Shown: piece after piece, positions 9,053 to 17,697 of the stretch
How positions within the stretch are numbered: the stretch's first letter is position 1
Layout: each line of letters begins with the position of its first letter
Assembly: GCA_947458835.1 (NCBI GenBank)
Contig: CANHBC010000002.1
Span: forward strand, 1-56,984
Origin: Betaproteobacteria bacterium
GTDB taxonomy: Bacteria > Pseudomonadota > Gammaproteobacteria > Burkholderiales > CAIKXV01
Length of the DNA: 56,984 nucleotides
Direction of reading: 5' to 3'
Translations under genes and position numbers: made by a program
Notes under the pieces: model-generated
Told to the model about the DNA's origin: nothing
The model's input: the letters and a program-made list of their open reading frames with translations, nothing else
The model's database searches: none

Positions 9053-10096
9053 ATGGGTGAAGATCCGATGAGCCTCCCGTTGCCTTTCCGCTGTCCTGCC
9101 GTCCCGGTCCGCCCGCGCGCGGATCGCGTTTGCCTTGCCGGGACTGCGACGGTGGCCGTCGCCGCCCTGCTGGCCCTGCCCGCAGCCCCGGCGCTGGCGC
9201 AGTCCTACCCGGCGAAACAGGTGCGTTTCATCGTACCGTTCGCTGCCGGGAGCGCGACCGACTCGGTCGCCCGGCTGGTCGGCGCCCACGTGACCGAGAG
9301 CACCGGCCAGCCGGTACTGGTCGAGAACCGCGCCGGCGCGAGCGGGATCATCGGCGCAGAGGCGGCCGCCCGAGCGCCTGCCGACGGCTACACGCTGCTG
9401 ATCGGGACGAACACGACCAACGCAGCAAACGCAAGTCTTTTCAAGACGTTGCCTTACAGCCAGCAGAAGGATTTCGCTCCGGTCTCGCTGGTGGGTACCG
9501 CCGGGCTGATCGCGGCGGTCCATCCGTCGCTGCCGGTGAAATCGATCACCGAACTGACGGCGCTCGCGAAGCGGAATCCGGGCAAGCTCAACTTCGGCGA
9601 AGGCAGCGCGTCCTCGCGTGCCTCGGTCGAAATGTACAAGGAGATGGCCGGCGTCGACTTCCTGCGGGTGCCCTACAAGAGCAACCCCCAGGCAGTGACC
9701 GATCTGGTGTCCGGCCAGGTGGTGCTGATGATCGCCGACATGGTGACCCTGCTGCCGCAGGTGAAGGCAGGCAAGCTGCGTGCGCTGGCGGTCTCCACGC
9801 CGAAGCGCCTGGCGATCCTCCCCGAACTGCCCACCATGAGCGAGGCGGGCGTGAAGGGCTATGAGCTGACCGTATGGTTCGCCGGGTTCATGCCGACCGG
9901 CTCGCCGACCGATGCGATCAAGCGCATGGCGGACCTGTTCGCCGGAGCTGCCCGGACACCGAAGATGCAGGAGTTCTTCGTGAACTTCGGGGGCGCTGCT
10001 CAGTCGAGCAGCCCGGAGGAACTCGGCCGTTTCGTCGCCAGCGAAACCGCCAAGTGGGCACGCATCGTGAAGAACGCCGGTATCGCACCGGAATGA
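9053..10096 (+). CDS. Bug/TctC-family tripartite tricarboxylate transporter substrate-binding protein
   Basis: Signal peptide, then YPAKQVRFIVPFAAGSATDSVARLV, and the family-typical C-terminus ...ASETAKWARIVKNAGI. Confidence 0.85.
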   Translation: MGEDPMSLPLPFRCPAVPVRPRADRVCLAGTATVAVAALLALPAAPALAQSYPAKQVRFIVPFAAGSATDSVARLVGAHVTESTGQPVLVENRAGASGIIGAEAAARAPADGYTLLIGTNTTNAANASLFKTLPYSQQKDFAPVSLVGTAGLIAAVHPSLPVKSITELTALAKRNPGKLNFGEGSASSRASVEMYKEMAGVDFLRVPYKSNPQAVTDLVSGQVVLMIADMVTLLPQVKAGKLRALAVSTPKRLAILPELPTMSEAGVKGYELTVWFAGFMPTGSPTDAIKRMADLFAGAARTPKMQEFFVNFGGAAQSSSPEELGRFVASETAKWARIVKNAGIAPE

Positions 10097-10908
10097 ACAT
10101 CCGGCCGCGCTCCGCCACGGTCGGCCCTGGCTCGCCCGCGCTGAGCGCCGACGAACGGGCGACGTTCGAGCGCGACGGGCTGCTGGTCGTACGCGGCTGG
10201 TCGGACCCGGCCGTGGTAGCGCAGGTGCGCGACGAAACGAACCGCCAGCTCGCAGCGCGCCAGCCACCGCTTGAACTGGAGGCAGAGGTCGGCTATCCGG
10301 GTGCCCCAGCCTCTACCGTCACTGCCGGCGGCCAGACGGTGCGCAGGCTGCTTCGCGCCCACGACCGCGGCGAACCGTTCCGCGCGCTAGCTGCCTCGGC
10401 TGCGCTCGGCCAATTGCTGCGCGAGCTGATGGTCACCGACGGCGACCCACAGCCCGTGCTGATGGCCCAGGCGCATCACAACTGCGTGATGACCAAGATG
10501 CCGAGCTTCTCCAGCCAGACGAACTGGCACCAGGACGTGCGCTACTGGTCCTACGAGCGCCCGGAACTGGTGTCAGCGTGGTTCGCACTCGGCCGCGAGA
10601 CCGAAGAGAACGGCTGCCTCTCGTTCATACCGGGCACGCACCGGATGAACTTCGCGCGCGATCGGCTGGACGATGCGCTGTTCCTGCGCCAGGAACGCGA
10701 GGACAACCGGGCGCTGCTCGCCACCGCCGTCACGCCGCAGCTCGAGCCCGGTGACCTGGTACTGTTCCATTGCCGGCTGTTCCACGCAGCGGGGCGGAAC
10801 CGGACGCAGGAGACGAAGTTCTCGCTGGTATGCACGTATCGCACCGGGGACAACCTGCCGCTGCGAGGGACCAAGTCGGCGTCGGTAGAGGATGTGACTG
10901 TCGGGTAG
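10093..10908 (+). CDS. phytanoyl-CoA dioxygenase (PhyH) family Fe(II)/2-oxoglutarate oxygenase
   Basis: ERDGLLVVRGW N-terminus, HxD motif NWHQDVRYW and distal LFHAAGRNRT. ATGA overlap with the preceding Bug gene. Confidence 0.7.
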   Translation: MNIRPRSATVGPGSPALSADERATFERDGLLVVRGWSDPAVVAQVRDETNRQLAARQPPLELEAEVGYPGAPASTVTAGGQTVRRLLRAHDRGEPFRALAASAALGQLLRELMVTDGDPQPVLMAQAHHNCVMTKMPSFSSQTNWHQDVRYWSYERPELVSAWFALGRETEENGCLSFIPGTHRMNFARDRLDDALFLRQEREDNRALLATAVTPQLEPGDLVLFHCRLFHAAGRNRTQETKFSLVCTYRTGDNLPLRGTKSASVEDVTVG

Positions 10909-10972
10909 CGCAACGTGTTCCGGATCGGCACGCACAGCGAGTTCGATCGCCTGCCTGCGAAGGCTACGCAGG

Positions 10973-12046
10973 CTATGCGGATACCCATCCCACGCGTCCT
11001 ACCGTTGCGCCCCGCCGGATCTCCTCGTGCAGGTCCGGCACAGCCTCCAGCGGCACGGTCTTCGTGACCACCGCGTTCACCTTGCCGTCCCTCACCAGTT
11101 CCAGCGTCCGCTCGATCTCCGCCAGCGTCACGTAGCGCGACGCGTGGATCTCCAGCCCGCGATGCAGGAAGCGGATCGGATCCACCGGGAAGCTCGGATC
11201 TTCGCCGTAGATCGTCGCCGGATGTGATCCGATGATCACCAGCCGTCCGCCCATCGCCAGTGACGCAAGCGATGCAGCCAGCGTGCCCCGCGCGGCGACG
11301 ATATCGATCACCGCATCGACGCCTTCACCCCCGGTGTGTGCCATCACCTGCGCGGCCAGGTCACCGGTCGAGGCGTCGATCACCACGTCGGCGGCACCGA
11401 TCGAGCGGATGAACGCCAGCTTTTCTGCACCCACGTCCGCAGCCAGCACCCGCGCGCCGCACAGCCGGGCCATCTGGATCATGTGGATGCCCACGCCTCC
11501 GGCCGCGCCGATCACCAGCACGCTGTCTCCGGCGCGCAGCCGCGCCTCCTTCACGCAGGCGTGGAACGGCGTGGCGATGGCGTCCGAGGCCACGGCCGCA
11601 TCGATGTCCGACACACCGTCGGGGATCGCGACCACGTTGCGCTCGGGCAGCGAAACGTACTCGGCATAACCGCCGTCGCGGTTCTGGCCGACATTGCCCC
11701 TGGGTGCCAGGCAGAGCGTCTCGCGGCCGCTGCGGCAGTTCCGGCAGTTGCCACAGGTGATGTAGAAGTGATTGGTGACGCGCGTGCCGACCTTGATGGT
11801 GCGCACGCCCGAGCCCACCGCCACCACGGTGCCGGCGATCTCGTGTCCGGGAATGCGCGGGTAGCGGTCGACCCGGCCTGGCGTGGCCAGCAGGTTGACC
11901 ACGGTCAGGCCGACACCGCAGGCGCCCACCTTGACCAGCACGTCGTTCGTGCCGATCGCTGGCAAGGGCACGTCCTTCAGCACCAGCGGTGCACCGAACG
12001 CGTCGAGCACCAGGGCCTGCATCGTCGAGGGAATCGATGCCATCAC
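10973..12046 (-). CDS. zinc-dependent alcohol dehydrogenase (MDR family)
   Basis: GHEIAGTVVAVG, structural-zinc cluster CGNCRNCRSGRETLC and NAD fold VLVIGAAGGVG. Confidence 0.85.
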   Translation of the reverse strand: MMASIPSTMQALVLDAFGAPLVLKDVPLPAIGTNDVLVKVGACGVGLTVVNLLATPGRVDRYPRIPGHEIAGTVVAVGSGVRTIKVGTRVTNHFYITCGNCRNCRSGRETLCLAPRGNVGQNRDGGYAEYVSLPERNVVAIPDGVSDIDAAVASDAIATPFHACVKEARLRAGDSVLVIGAAGGVGIHMIQMARLCGARVLAADVGAEKLAFIRSIGAADVVIDASTGDLAAQVMAHTGGEGVDAVIDIVAARGTLAASLASLAMGGRLVIIGSHPATIYGEDPSFPVDPIRFLHRGLEIHASRYVTLAEIERTLELVRDGKVNAVVTKTVPLEAVPDLHEEIRRGATVGRVGWVSA

Positions 12047-13308
12047 GGGCGCTTGAAACGCAGCACGTAGATGCCGTGGTTCTTGTCGGAGAGGAACACG
12101 TTGCCGCGGGCGTCCACCACCACATCCTCGGACTGCGTGACCAGACCGGTCTTGGGCAGCGGGCCGCGTCGCTCGACCGGGTCGGGCGGGATGAAGTAGC
12201 CGATTTCCTGGGGCTGGCGCTCGATCGAGATGTCGTACACGCGCAGCCCGGCATTGAACCAGGTGATGAACACGGTGTTCTCGTCCTGGTAGAGGATCTC
12301 CTGGTACTGCGGCTGGTGCTGGTTGTGCGGACCGAAGCGCCCCGGACGGTGGGCGAAGCTCTTGTAGGGTGCGTCTTCAGGCGGGATCGGCAGCGGGAAC
12401 AGGGAGATCAGCCGCGGGCGCGTCTCGACAGCGACGTCGATGATCGCGCCGAACTGCAGCGGCTCGTCGCAGCGCTCGGCGATCGCCTCGGAATTCACCA
12501 CCACCAGCGGCCGGCCGGTCAGCGGCAGCGCGGTATGCACGGCGATGCGGGAGGCGAACGGGGGCGAGAACGGCAGGTCGCTGATCATCGTCGGCCGAGT
12601 CACGTCCGAGATGTCCAGGATCACGAAGCCACCGCCACTGTAGGGCAGATAGGCGCGGTCGCCCTTCACGTAGGCGCCGCCGTGCAGCGCGGTGTCGGCC
12701 GGCGCACCGGTCTCGCCACCGGCCGTCCACTGGCCCTTGCGCCACCAGCGCGACACCTCGCGCGGGTTGGCCGGATCGCTGATATCAACGATCTGGTAGA
12801 TGTGGCCTTCGTACCCTTCGGGCAGCACGGTGGCGTGCACGTAGCGGCCACCGGCGTAGAAGTTGCGGTGCGTACCCTTGCCGCCGGTCTTGTAGTGGCC
12901 GAGGAGCTTCGGGTCTTCCGGGTCGGCGAGGTCCCAGATCAGGAAGCCTTCACCGAACGGCTGGCCAGGCACGTCGCCCCAGCCCGGCATGATCCGCTCC
13001 ATGGAGGTGACCATCTTGCCGTCGGCGATCTGCACCTGCAGCGTCCAGGTATTCGGGGTGCCCTCGACATAGCGAACGAAGCGCGGCGCAGCCGGGTCGG
13101 TGACCTCGACGATCGAGAAGCCGCTACACCAGAACTGCGCGGTGTACAGGTACCAGCGTTCGCCGGCACCCGTGGACGGATTGCCGGGCACGCGGTGCAG
13201 CGCCATCTTGAAGCCGGGGCGACCCTGCAGGTCGGTGTAGCCGACGGCTTCAAAGCCCTTGCTGTAGGCCTTGCCAGGCGGAAACGGGTCGGGGATATAG
13301 TTGGCCAC
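12043..13308 (-). CDS. LVIVD-repeat beta-propeller protein of unknown function
   Basis: Repeated xVxDISDPxxP-type units (IVEVTDPAAPRF, IWDLADPEDPKL, QIVDISDPANPRE, VILDISDVTRPT, RVYDISIERQPQE). No signal peptide seen. Coupled to the ADH by an ATGA overlap. Confidence 0.6.
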   Translation of the reverse strand: MANYIPDPFPPGKAYSKGFEAVGYTDLQGRPGFKMALHRVPGNPSTGAGERWYLYTAQFWCSGFSIVEVTDPAAPRFVRYVEGTPNTWTLQVQIADGKMVTSMERIMPGWGDVPGQPFGEGFLIWDLADPEDPKLLGHYKTGGKGTHRNFYAGGRYVHATVLPEGYEGHIYQIVDISDPANPREVSRWWRKGQWTAGGETGAPADTALHGGAYVKGDRAYLPYSGGGFVILDISDVTRPTMISDLPFSPPFASRIAVHTALPLTGRPLVVVNSEAIAERCDEPLQFGAIIDVAVETRPRLISLFPLPIPPEDAPYKSFAHRPGRFGPHNQHQPQYQEILYQDENTVFITWFNAGLRVYDISIERQPQEIGYFIPPDPVERRGPLPKTGLVTQSEDVVVDARGNVFLSDKNHGIYVLRFKRP

Positions 13309-13326
13309 GGGCGGATTCCTGTGCGG

Positions 13327-14313
13327 TCAGTCGAGGCTGATGCCGAGTTTGCGGCCGAGCGCGCCCCACTTCTTCGCCTCGGCGCGGATGAGTGCTGCGA
13401 ACTCCGCCGGGGTGTTGCCCACCGGCTCGTTGCCGCCATCGATGATGATCTTCGACACCTCGGGCCGCCGCAGCACGGCGACGATCTCGCGGTGCAGGGT
13501 CTCGACAATCGGCCGGGGCGTCTTGGCCGGGGCGAAGAACCCGTACCACACCACCGAGTCGTAGCCGGGCAGGCCGGACTCCGCGATGGTAGGCACGTCG
13601 GGGGCGATCGGCGAGCGGCGGGTGCCGCCGGTGGCCAGCAGCTTGATCCGCCCGGCCTTCACGTGCGGCAGCGTGGTGAAGATGTTGGCCAGCGTGAACT
13701 GCAGCTCGCCCTGGATCAGCGCGGTGGTCAGCGGCGCCGCGCCCTTGTAGGCGATGTGCGTGGTCTGGATGCCGGCCATTGCGTTGAGCTGCTCGGTCAT
13801 CAGGTGCGGCGCGCTGCCCGGGCCCGACGAACCGTAGTTGAGCTTGCCCGGGTTGGCCTTCGCGTAGGCCACGAACTCCTTGAAGTTGTTCACCGGCAGG
13901 CTCGGCGTGGTCAGCAGCACCAGCGGCGACTCGGTGGCCAGCGTGATCGGCGCGAAGTCGTTGATCGGGTGGTAGGGCAGCTTGGCGAACAGCTCGGCGC
14001 TCATCGCATGCGTGGAGAACACCGTGAGCAGCGTGTAGCCATCCGGCGGCGCCTTGGCGACGAGGTCGGTGCCGACGATGCCCGAGGCAGCAGGACGATT
14101 GTCGACGATGAACTGCTGGCCCAGGCGCTCGGTGAGGTTCGCGCTGACCAGCCGGGCGATCGCGTCCGAGCCGCCACCCGGGGCGAGCGGCACGATCATC
14201 CGTACCGGGCGGGCGGGATAGTTGGCAGCCGGGGCGGCGGCGAGCGCGCTGCCCGCCGCGGGAACCAGCACGGATGAACCCAATGCCTGGACAAGGCGAC
14301 GCCGCGTGTACAT
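13327..14313 (-). CDS. Bug/TctC-family substrate-binding protein
   Basis: Signal peptide, then YPARPVRMIVPLAPGGGSDAIARLV. C-terminus AEAKKWGALGRKLGI. Confidence 0.85.
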   Translation of the reverse strand: MYTRRRLVQALGSSVLVPAAGSALAAAPAANYPARPVRMIVPLAPGGGSDAIARLVSANLTERLGQQFIVDNRPAASGIVGTDLVAKAPPDGYTLLTVFSTHAMSAELFAKLPYHPINDFAPITLATESPLVLLTTPSLPVNNFKEFVAYAKANPGKLNYGSSGPGSAPHLMTEQLNAMAGIQTTHIAYKGAAPLTTALIQGELQFTLANIFTTLPHVKAGRIKLLATGGTRRSPIAPDVPTIAESGLPGYDSVVWYGFFAPAKTPRPIVETLHREIVAVLRRPEVSKIIIDGGNEPVGNTPAEFAALIRAEAKKWGALGRKLGISLD

Positions 14314-14539
14314 CTGTTGACTCCTCCGGGGGACTGTCTGCGTTTACGGCTCCGCACGGCGAGGTGCGGCGCCAGGGTCGGATGCGAGTCTCGCCGATCG
14401 CGGGGCGGGGCGTCAAACGGCGGGAGAGGCGGACGCTTCGATTCGCGCCCGCGCGGCAACTCGTGGCTAAGCCATCGAATTGCCGCTCAATACGGGAAGC
14501 ATCGCCCTTTCCGTTGGCGCAGAATGGCGAGTGCCGGAT

Positions 14540-15053
14540 TCAGGACTCCCTCAGCCCTCTCGTCCGTGCCCTGATGGTCGCAAGGTAGCAATGCTCCGCG
14601 CCAGCGGGGCGACCGCGTACGGCCTGCCCAATGAGGGTACAGAACGACCCACTGTCGCCCCAGGCTTCAAGTCCACCGCTGACGGCGCGTGCCGCGGAGC
14701 TGAAGCACTTCCGGCGCTGGGCAACCGAGATCTCGAAAGACGTTCCCGCTGCCTCGGATGAGATCGATCGATGCTTCCATCTCAGGCATGGCGAAGTTCT
14801 GGAACACATGCAGGACCCACACATCCTCGCCTGCGTGAGGCGCGTAGACGATACGGTAAGCATTGCCATCGTGGCTGCAGCGAATCGCGAGAGCCCCGGA
14901 ACCCAGCCCGTGGAGCGGCGCTGCGATCGCGGCCTTTCCGCCGTCTGCCGCAATGCCCAGCGCGTTCGCAGAGACCTCGCGCACCCGCTCCGGAAGATCA
15001 TCGAACGCCTTGCGCGCAGGAGAGCGGCATGAAACTGCTCGTTTGCAGACCAT
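14540..15053 (-). pseudogene. decayed RelE/ParE-superfamily (HigB/Gp49-DUF891-like) toxin fused to a truncated, frameshifted XRE-type antitoxin
   Basis: ARKAFDDLPERVREV...APLHGLGSGALAIRCSHDGNAYRIVYAPHAGEDVWVLHVFQ matches the toxin family. Its tail ...IDLIR runs in frame into GSGNVFRDLGCPAPEVLQL, a typical antitoxin N-terminus. The frame then stops. A weak HTH-like continuation (GGLEAWGDSGSFCTLIGQ) appears in another frame. Confidence 0.5.
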
Positions 15054-15219
15054 TGAATTCCGATTGGCCTGGTTTGGCAGATCTACCAACCCTCTGCAAT
15101 CTGCCATGCCTTCCATCGCGAAGCGCCTGTCAGCCCTGGTGCGTACGGATGACAATGCGCGTCAAGACCGTCGATTACGCACTCGGAAAACCGGGCATAC
15201 GCCAGGAATCTCTCCGAGA

Positions 15220-15714
15220 TCAGAGGCCCAGCGCACCGGTCCGCCGCGCCAGCACCTCGATGACCTTCCTCGCATAGCGGTCGCGCAGTACCGCGCTGCC
15301 AGCGTTGTACGCACCCACGGCCGTCCACGTATTGCCGTGCATCCGCATCTTCTGTGCAAGCACCCAGGCGCCCACGTGCACCGAGACGCAGGGATCGAGC
15401 AGGTCGCGCGCGGCGATGCCGTAGCGGCGAAGTTCCGGCAACCACAGGCTGTTGATCTGCATCAGCCCGATGTCGACCGAGCCATTGGCGTTGCGGCCGA
15501 TGGCGGTCGGGCGCAGCCCGCTCTCGACCTCGGCGATGGCGACGAGAAGCCAGGGGTTTACCTGGTGACGCCGGGCAGCCTGTTCCCAGCAGGTCGCAGG
15601 TGCCGAAGAGTCGGGTATGTGCAGCACGGTCTCTGCCGAGGCCACCCACGGGAACGCGACGAACGCCCACAGGGCTGCGGCGATCCAGGCACGGATGGCT
15701 TTCGCCCGGTTCAC
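15220..15714 (-). CDS. lytic transglycosylase (SLT domain; VirB1/PilT(R64)-like)
   Basis: Signal peptide (V)NRAKAIRAWIAAALWAFVAFPWVASA, catalytic-Glu motif AIAEVESG, then GLMQIN and AYNAG. GTG at 15714, 7 nt after the upstream stop, is preferred. The ATG at 15798 is an alternative. Confidence 0.8.
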   Translation of the reverse strand: MNRAKAIRAWIAAALWAFVAFPWVASAETVLHIPDSSAPATCWEQAARRHQVNPWLLVAIAEVESGLRPTAIGRNANGSVDIGLMQINSLWLPELRRYGIAARDLLDPCVSVHVGAWVLAQKMRMHGNTWTAVGAYNAGSAVLRDRYARKVIEVLARRTGALGL

Positions 15715-15721
15715 CTGGCGT

Positions 15722-16684
15722 TCACGGTCGCGGTTCGAGGCCGCCAGAGGACGACGGCGCGACTGGAATGCCTGGCATGCCCGCCGCCACAGGTGCACCC
15801 GGGACGCCAGCCCGCGCTACGCCACCGCCTGGCAGACCGCTTCCCGGAAGGCCAGGCTGTGGCCCGAGCACACTCAGTGGGTTGCGCGGATCCACTGGAC
15901 CGATTGGCGGAAGGGAAGGCAGCGGTGGCAACGGAGCAAATGGACCAGGCGACGCTTGTCCGAAGGGTGCCTGCACCGGCGGCCCGGCCGGCCGTGGCAT
16001 CGTGCCGGCGACTGCGCCCGCCTGCGGCTGCCCGGGCGGTGGGCGGCGATCGATCGCCGCGATCACCGCCGGGTTGCGCGGAAGTTCCACAGCGTTGCCG
16101 TCGATCATCACGGTACGTTCGGTGATCAGGCCGATTCGCCGGCCCATCCAGTCGTCACCTTCGGCGACCGTCGTGGCGCTGCCGCCGGCCTGGACGATTG
16201 CGCGACGCTGTTCGCCGTTGCGCACGATCGCCAGGACCTGCGGTGGCTGCGGACCTGGTACCACCGGTGCAGTTGCCATCGACGTGAGGGGGACTGCGCC
16301 TCCGTTGCCAGGCGGGGTGGCTGCCGGCTGGATGGGACTCGCCGGGCGCGCCGGCGTCCGGGGTGCTGCCGCCTGCGGCCGCGCAGCAGCCGGCGGCGAA
16401 GCCGCAGACGCCCCCGGCCCGAACATCTCCGACTGCAGTCGCCGCTCTTCCTGATTGCGACGGATGGGCGCCAGCGAAAGATTGTTGCGGATCGCCGCCT
16501 GCTTGGCCTCCTCCTCGAGCAATTGGGTCTCCAGGCGCATCTGCTCAAGCCGCCGCTGGGCGTTCTCGAATGCCAGGGGCTGGCCAGTCAGCGGATTCAC
16601 GGTGGCAGGCGCAGCCGCACCGGCCGGGGAACAGGCAATGGCGACGAACGACAGCAGCGCGGGCAGGGATCGGTTCATGGTCAC
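15722..16684 (-). CDS. PilP-like type IVb pilus biogenesis protein with a Pro/Gly-rich tail
   Basis: Signal peptide MTMNRSLPALLSFVAIACSPAGA, a coiled-coil (ENAQRRLEQMRLETQLLEEEAKQ) and a small beta domain (QVLAIVRNGEQRRAIVQAGGSATTVAEGDDWMGRRIGLITERTVMIDGNAVEL). This is followed by about 110 aa of Pro/Gly-rich low-complexity sequence. Confidence 0.5.
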   Translation of the reverse strand: MTMNRSLPALLSFVAIACSPAGAAAPATVNPLTGQPLAFENAQRRLEQMRLETQLLEEEAKQAAIRNNLSLAPIRRNQEERRLQSEMFGPGASAASPPAAARPQAAAPRTPARPASPIQPAATPPGNGGAVPLTSMATAPVVPGPQPPQVLAIVRNGEQRRAIVQAGGSATTVAEGDDWMGRRIGLITERTVMIDGNAVELPRNPAVIAAIDRRPPPGQPQAGAVAGTMPRPAGPPVQAPFGQASPGPFAPLPPLPSLPPIGPVDPRNPLSVLGPQPGLPGSGLPGGGVARAGVPGAPVAAGMPGIPVAPSSSGGLEPRP

Positions 16685-16716
16685 TCCGGCAACTGGAAAC
16701 GGGTCTGTACTTCAGG

Positions 16717-17697
16717 TCACAGCGTGCCCACGGCGCTCACGCGCAGCACCGTACCGCCGGGCAGCGTGGTGACGATCGCGGCGGTGAACGGCGGGACCTG
16801 CTGCGTGGCATCGGTGTTCTGAGGGTTGCGCACGAGGTTGCTGCAGTTGTCGTACTGCATCACCTGGCCATAGAGATCCGTAACATCGGCCACGGACAGG
16901 CCAAGGATCGACGCGGGACCGGTTCCGGATGCGATCAGCGGCGAGGGCGCGCCACACGCGGAAAGCGGCATCGAGCCTCCGAGGTCCCAGCGCTCGGCCG
17001 GCGTGCCACCGCTGGCGAAGTAGTTGATGGAGGCATCGCGGCTTGGATCGGCCTGCGCGCGCGTCTGGAAGTAGGTCTGGTAGGCGGCAGCGACGACCTG
17101 CATACGCGCGAGCGTCTGGCGCAGCAGGTCCGCCGCCAGGTTGAAGCCATCGACCAGCACGCCCTCGTCGTCGCCGCAGAGCGTGAGTTCTCCGGCGTCC
17201 GACAGTCCGGTGGCGCAGTTGCCAGCGGTGTCGAGGCGGCCATTCGCGCCTGGCGCGACGATCGCCACGATCCGGTAGAAGGTGTCGACACCACCGATCG
17301 TACGCATCAGGCGCGGCGTCATCAGCAGGCACATCGGCGCGGCAAAGCCATCGCGAAAGGCGGTGGAAGCCGACTGCGACAGGTAACGGGCAAGCGGCGC
17401 CAGCGTGGCCGGTCCGCTGCCGCAACGCCCGGTCGCACCGTCGGGCCTGACCGGGTCGATCGTCCCGCCGGGCAGCACGAACCGCGCACCGGCTTCACCG
17501 TCGACCAGCACCGGGTTGTCCCGGTAGGCCGCGAGGAAGGCCTGTCGTACCTCGGCGAGCTGGCGCCGGTTGTCGAGGCCGCCCTGGAAGGCGAGCATGG
17601 GCCCGAGGATGTCGAGCACGAACAGCACCAGCGGGATCATCACCGCGAGCACGATGGCCATTTCGGTGAGGGTGAAGCCTCGCGCGCGGCGTCTCAT
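16717..17697 (-). CDS. large prepilin-type protein (PilV-like minor pilin / possible tip adhesin)
   Basis: Class III signal peptide MRRRARG|FTLTEMAIVLAVM with Gly-1, Phe+1 and Glu+5. 326 aa. ATGA overlap with the pilT-like gene. Confidence 0.8.
   Translation of the reverse strand: MRRRARGFTLTEMAIVLAVMIPLVLFVLDILGPMLAFQGGLDNRRQLAEVRQAFLAAYRDNPVLVDGEAGARFVLPGGTIDPVRPDGATGRCGSGPATLAPLARYLSQSASTAFRDGFAAPMCLLMTPRLMRTIGGVDTFYRIVAIVAPGANGRLDTAGNCATGLSDAGELTLCGDDEGVLVDGFNLAADLLRQTLARMQVVAAAYQTYFQTRAQADPSRDASINYFASGGTPAERWDLGGSMPLSACGAPSPLIASGTGPASILGLSVADVTDLYGQVMQYDNCSNLVRNPQNTDATQQVPPFTAAIVTTLPGGTVLRVSAVGTL

Noticed and set aside
15714-15798. ATG at 15798 as the start of the lytic transglycosylase gene.
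   Set aside because: It would add a 28-residue Arg-rich extension before the signal peptide and overlap the PilP-like gene by 77 nt. The GTG at 15714 gives a standard signal peptide. The ATG is kept as an alternative only.
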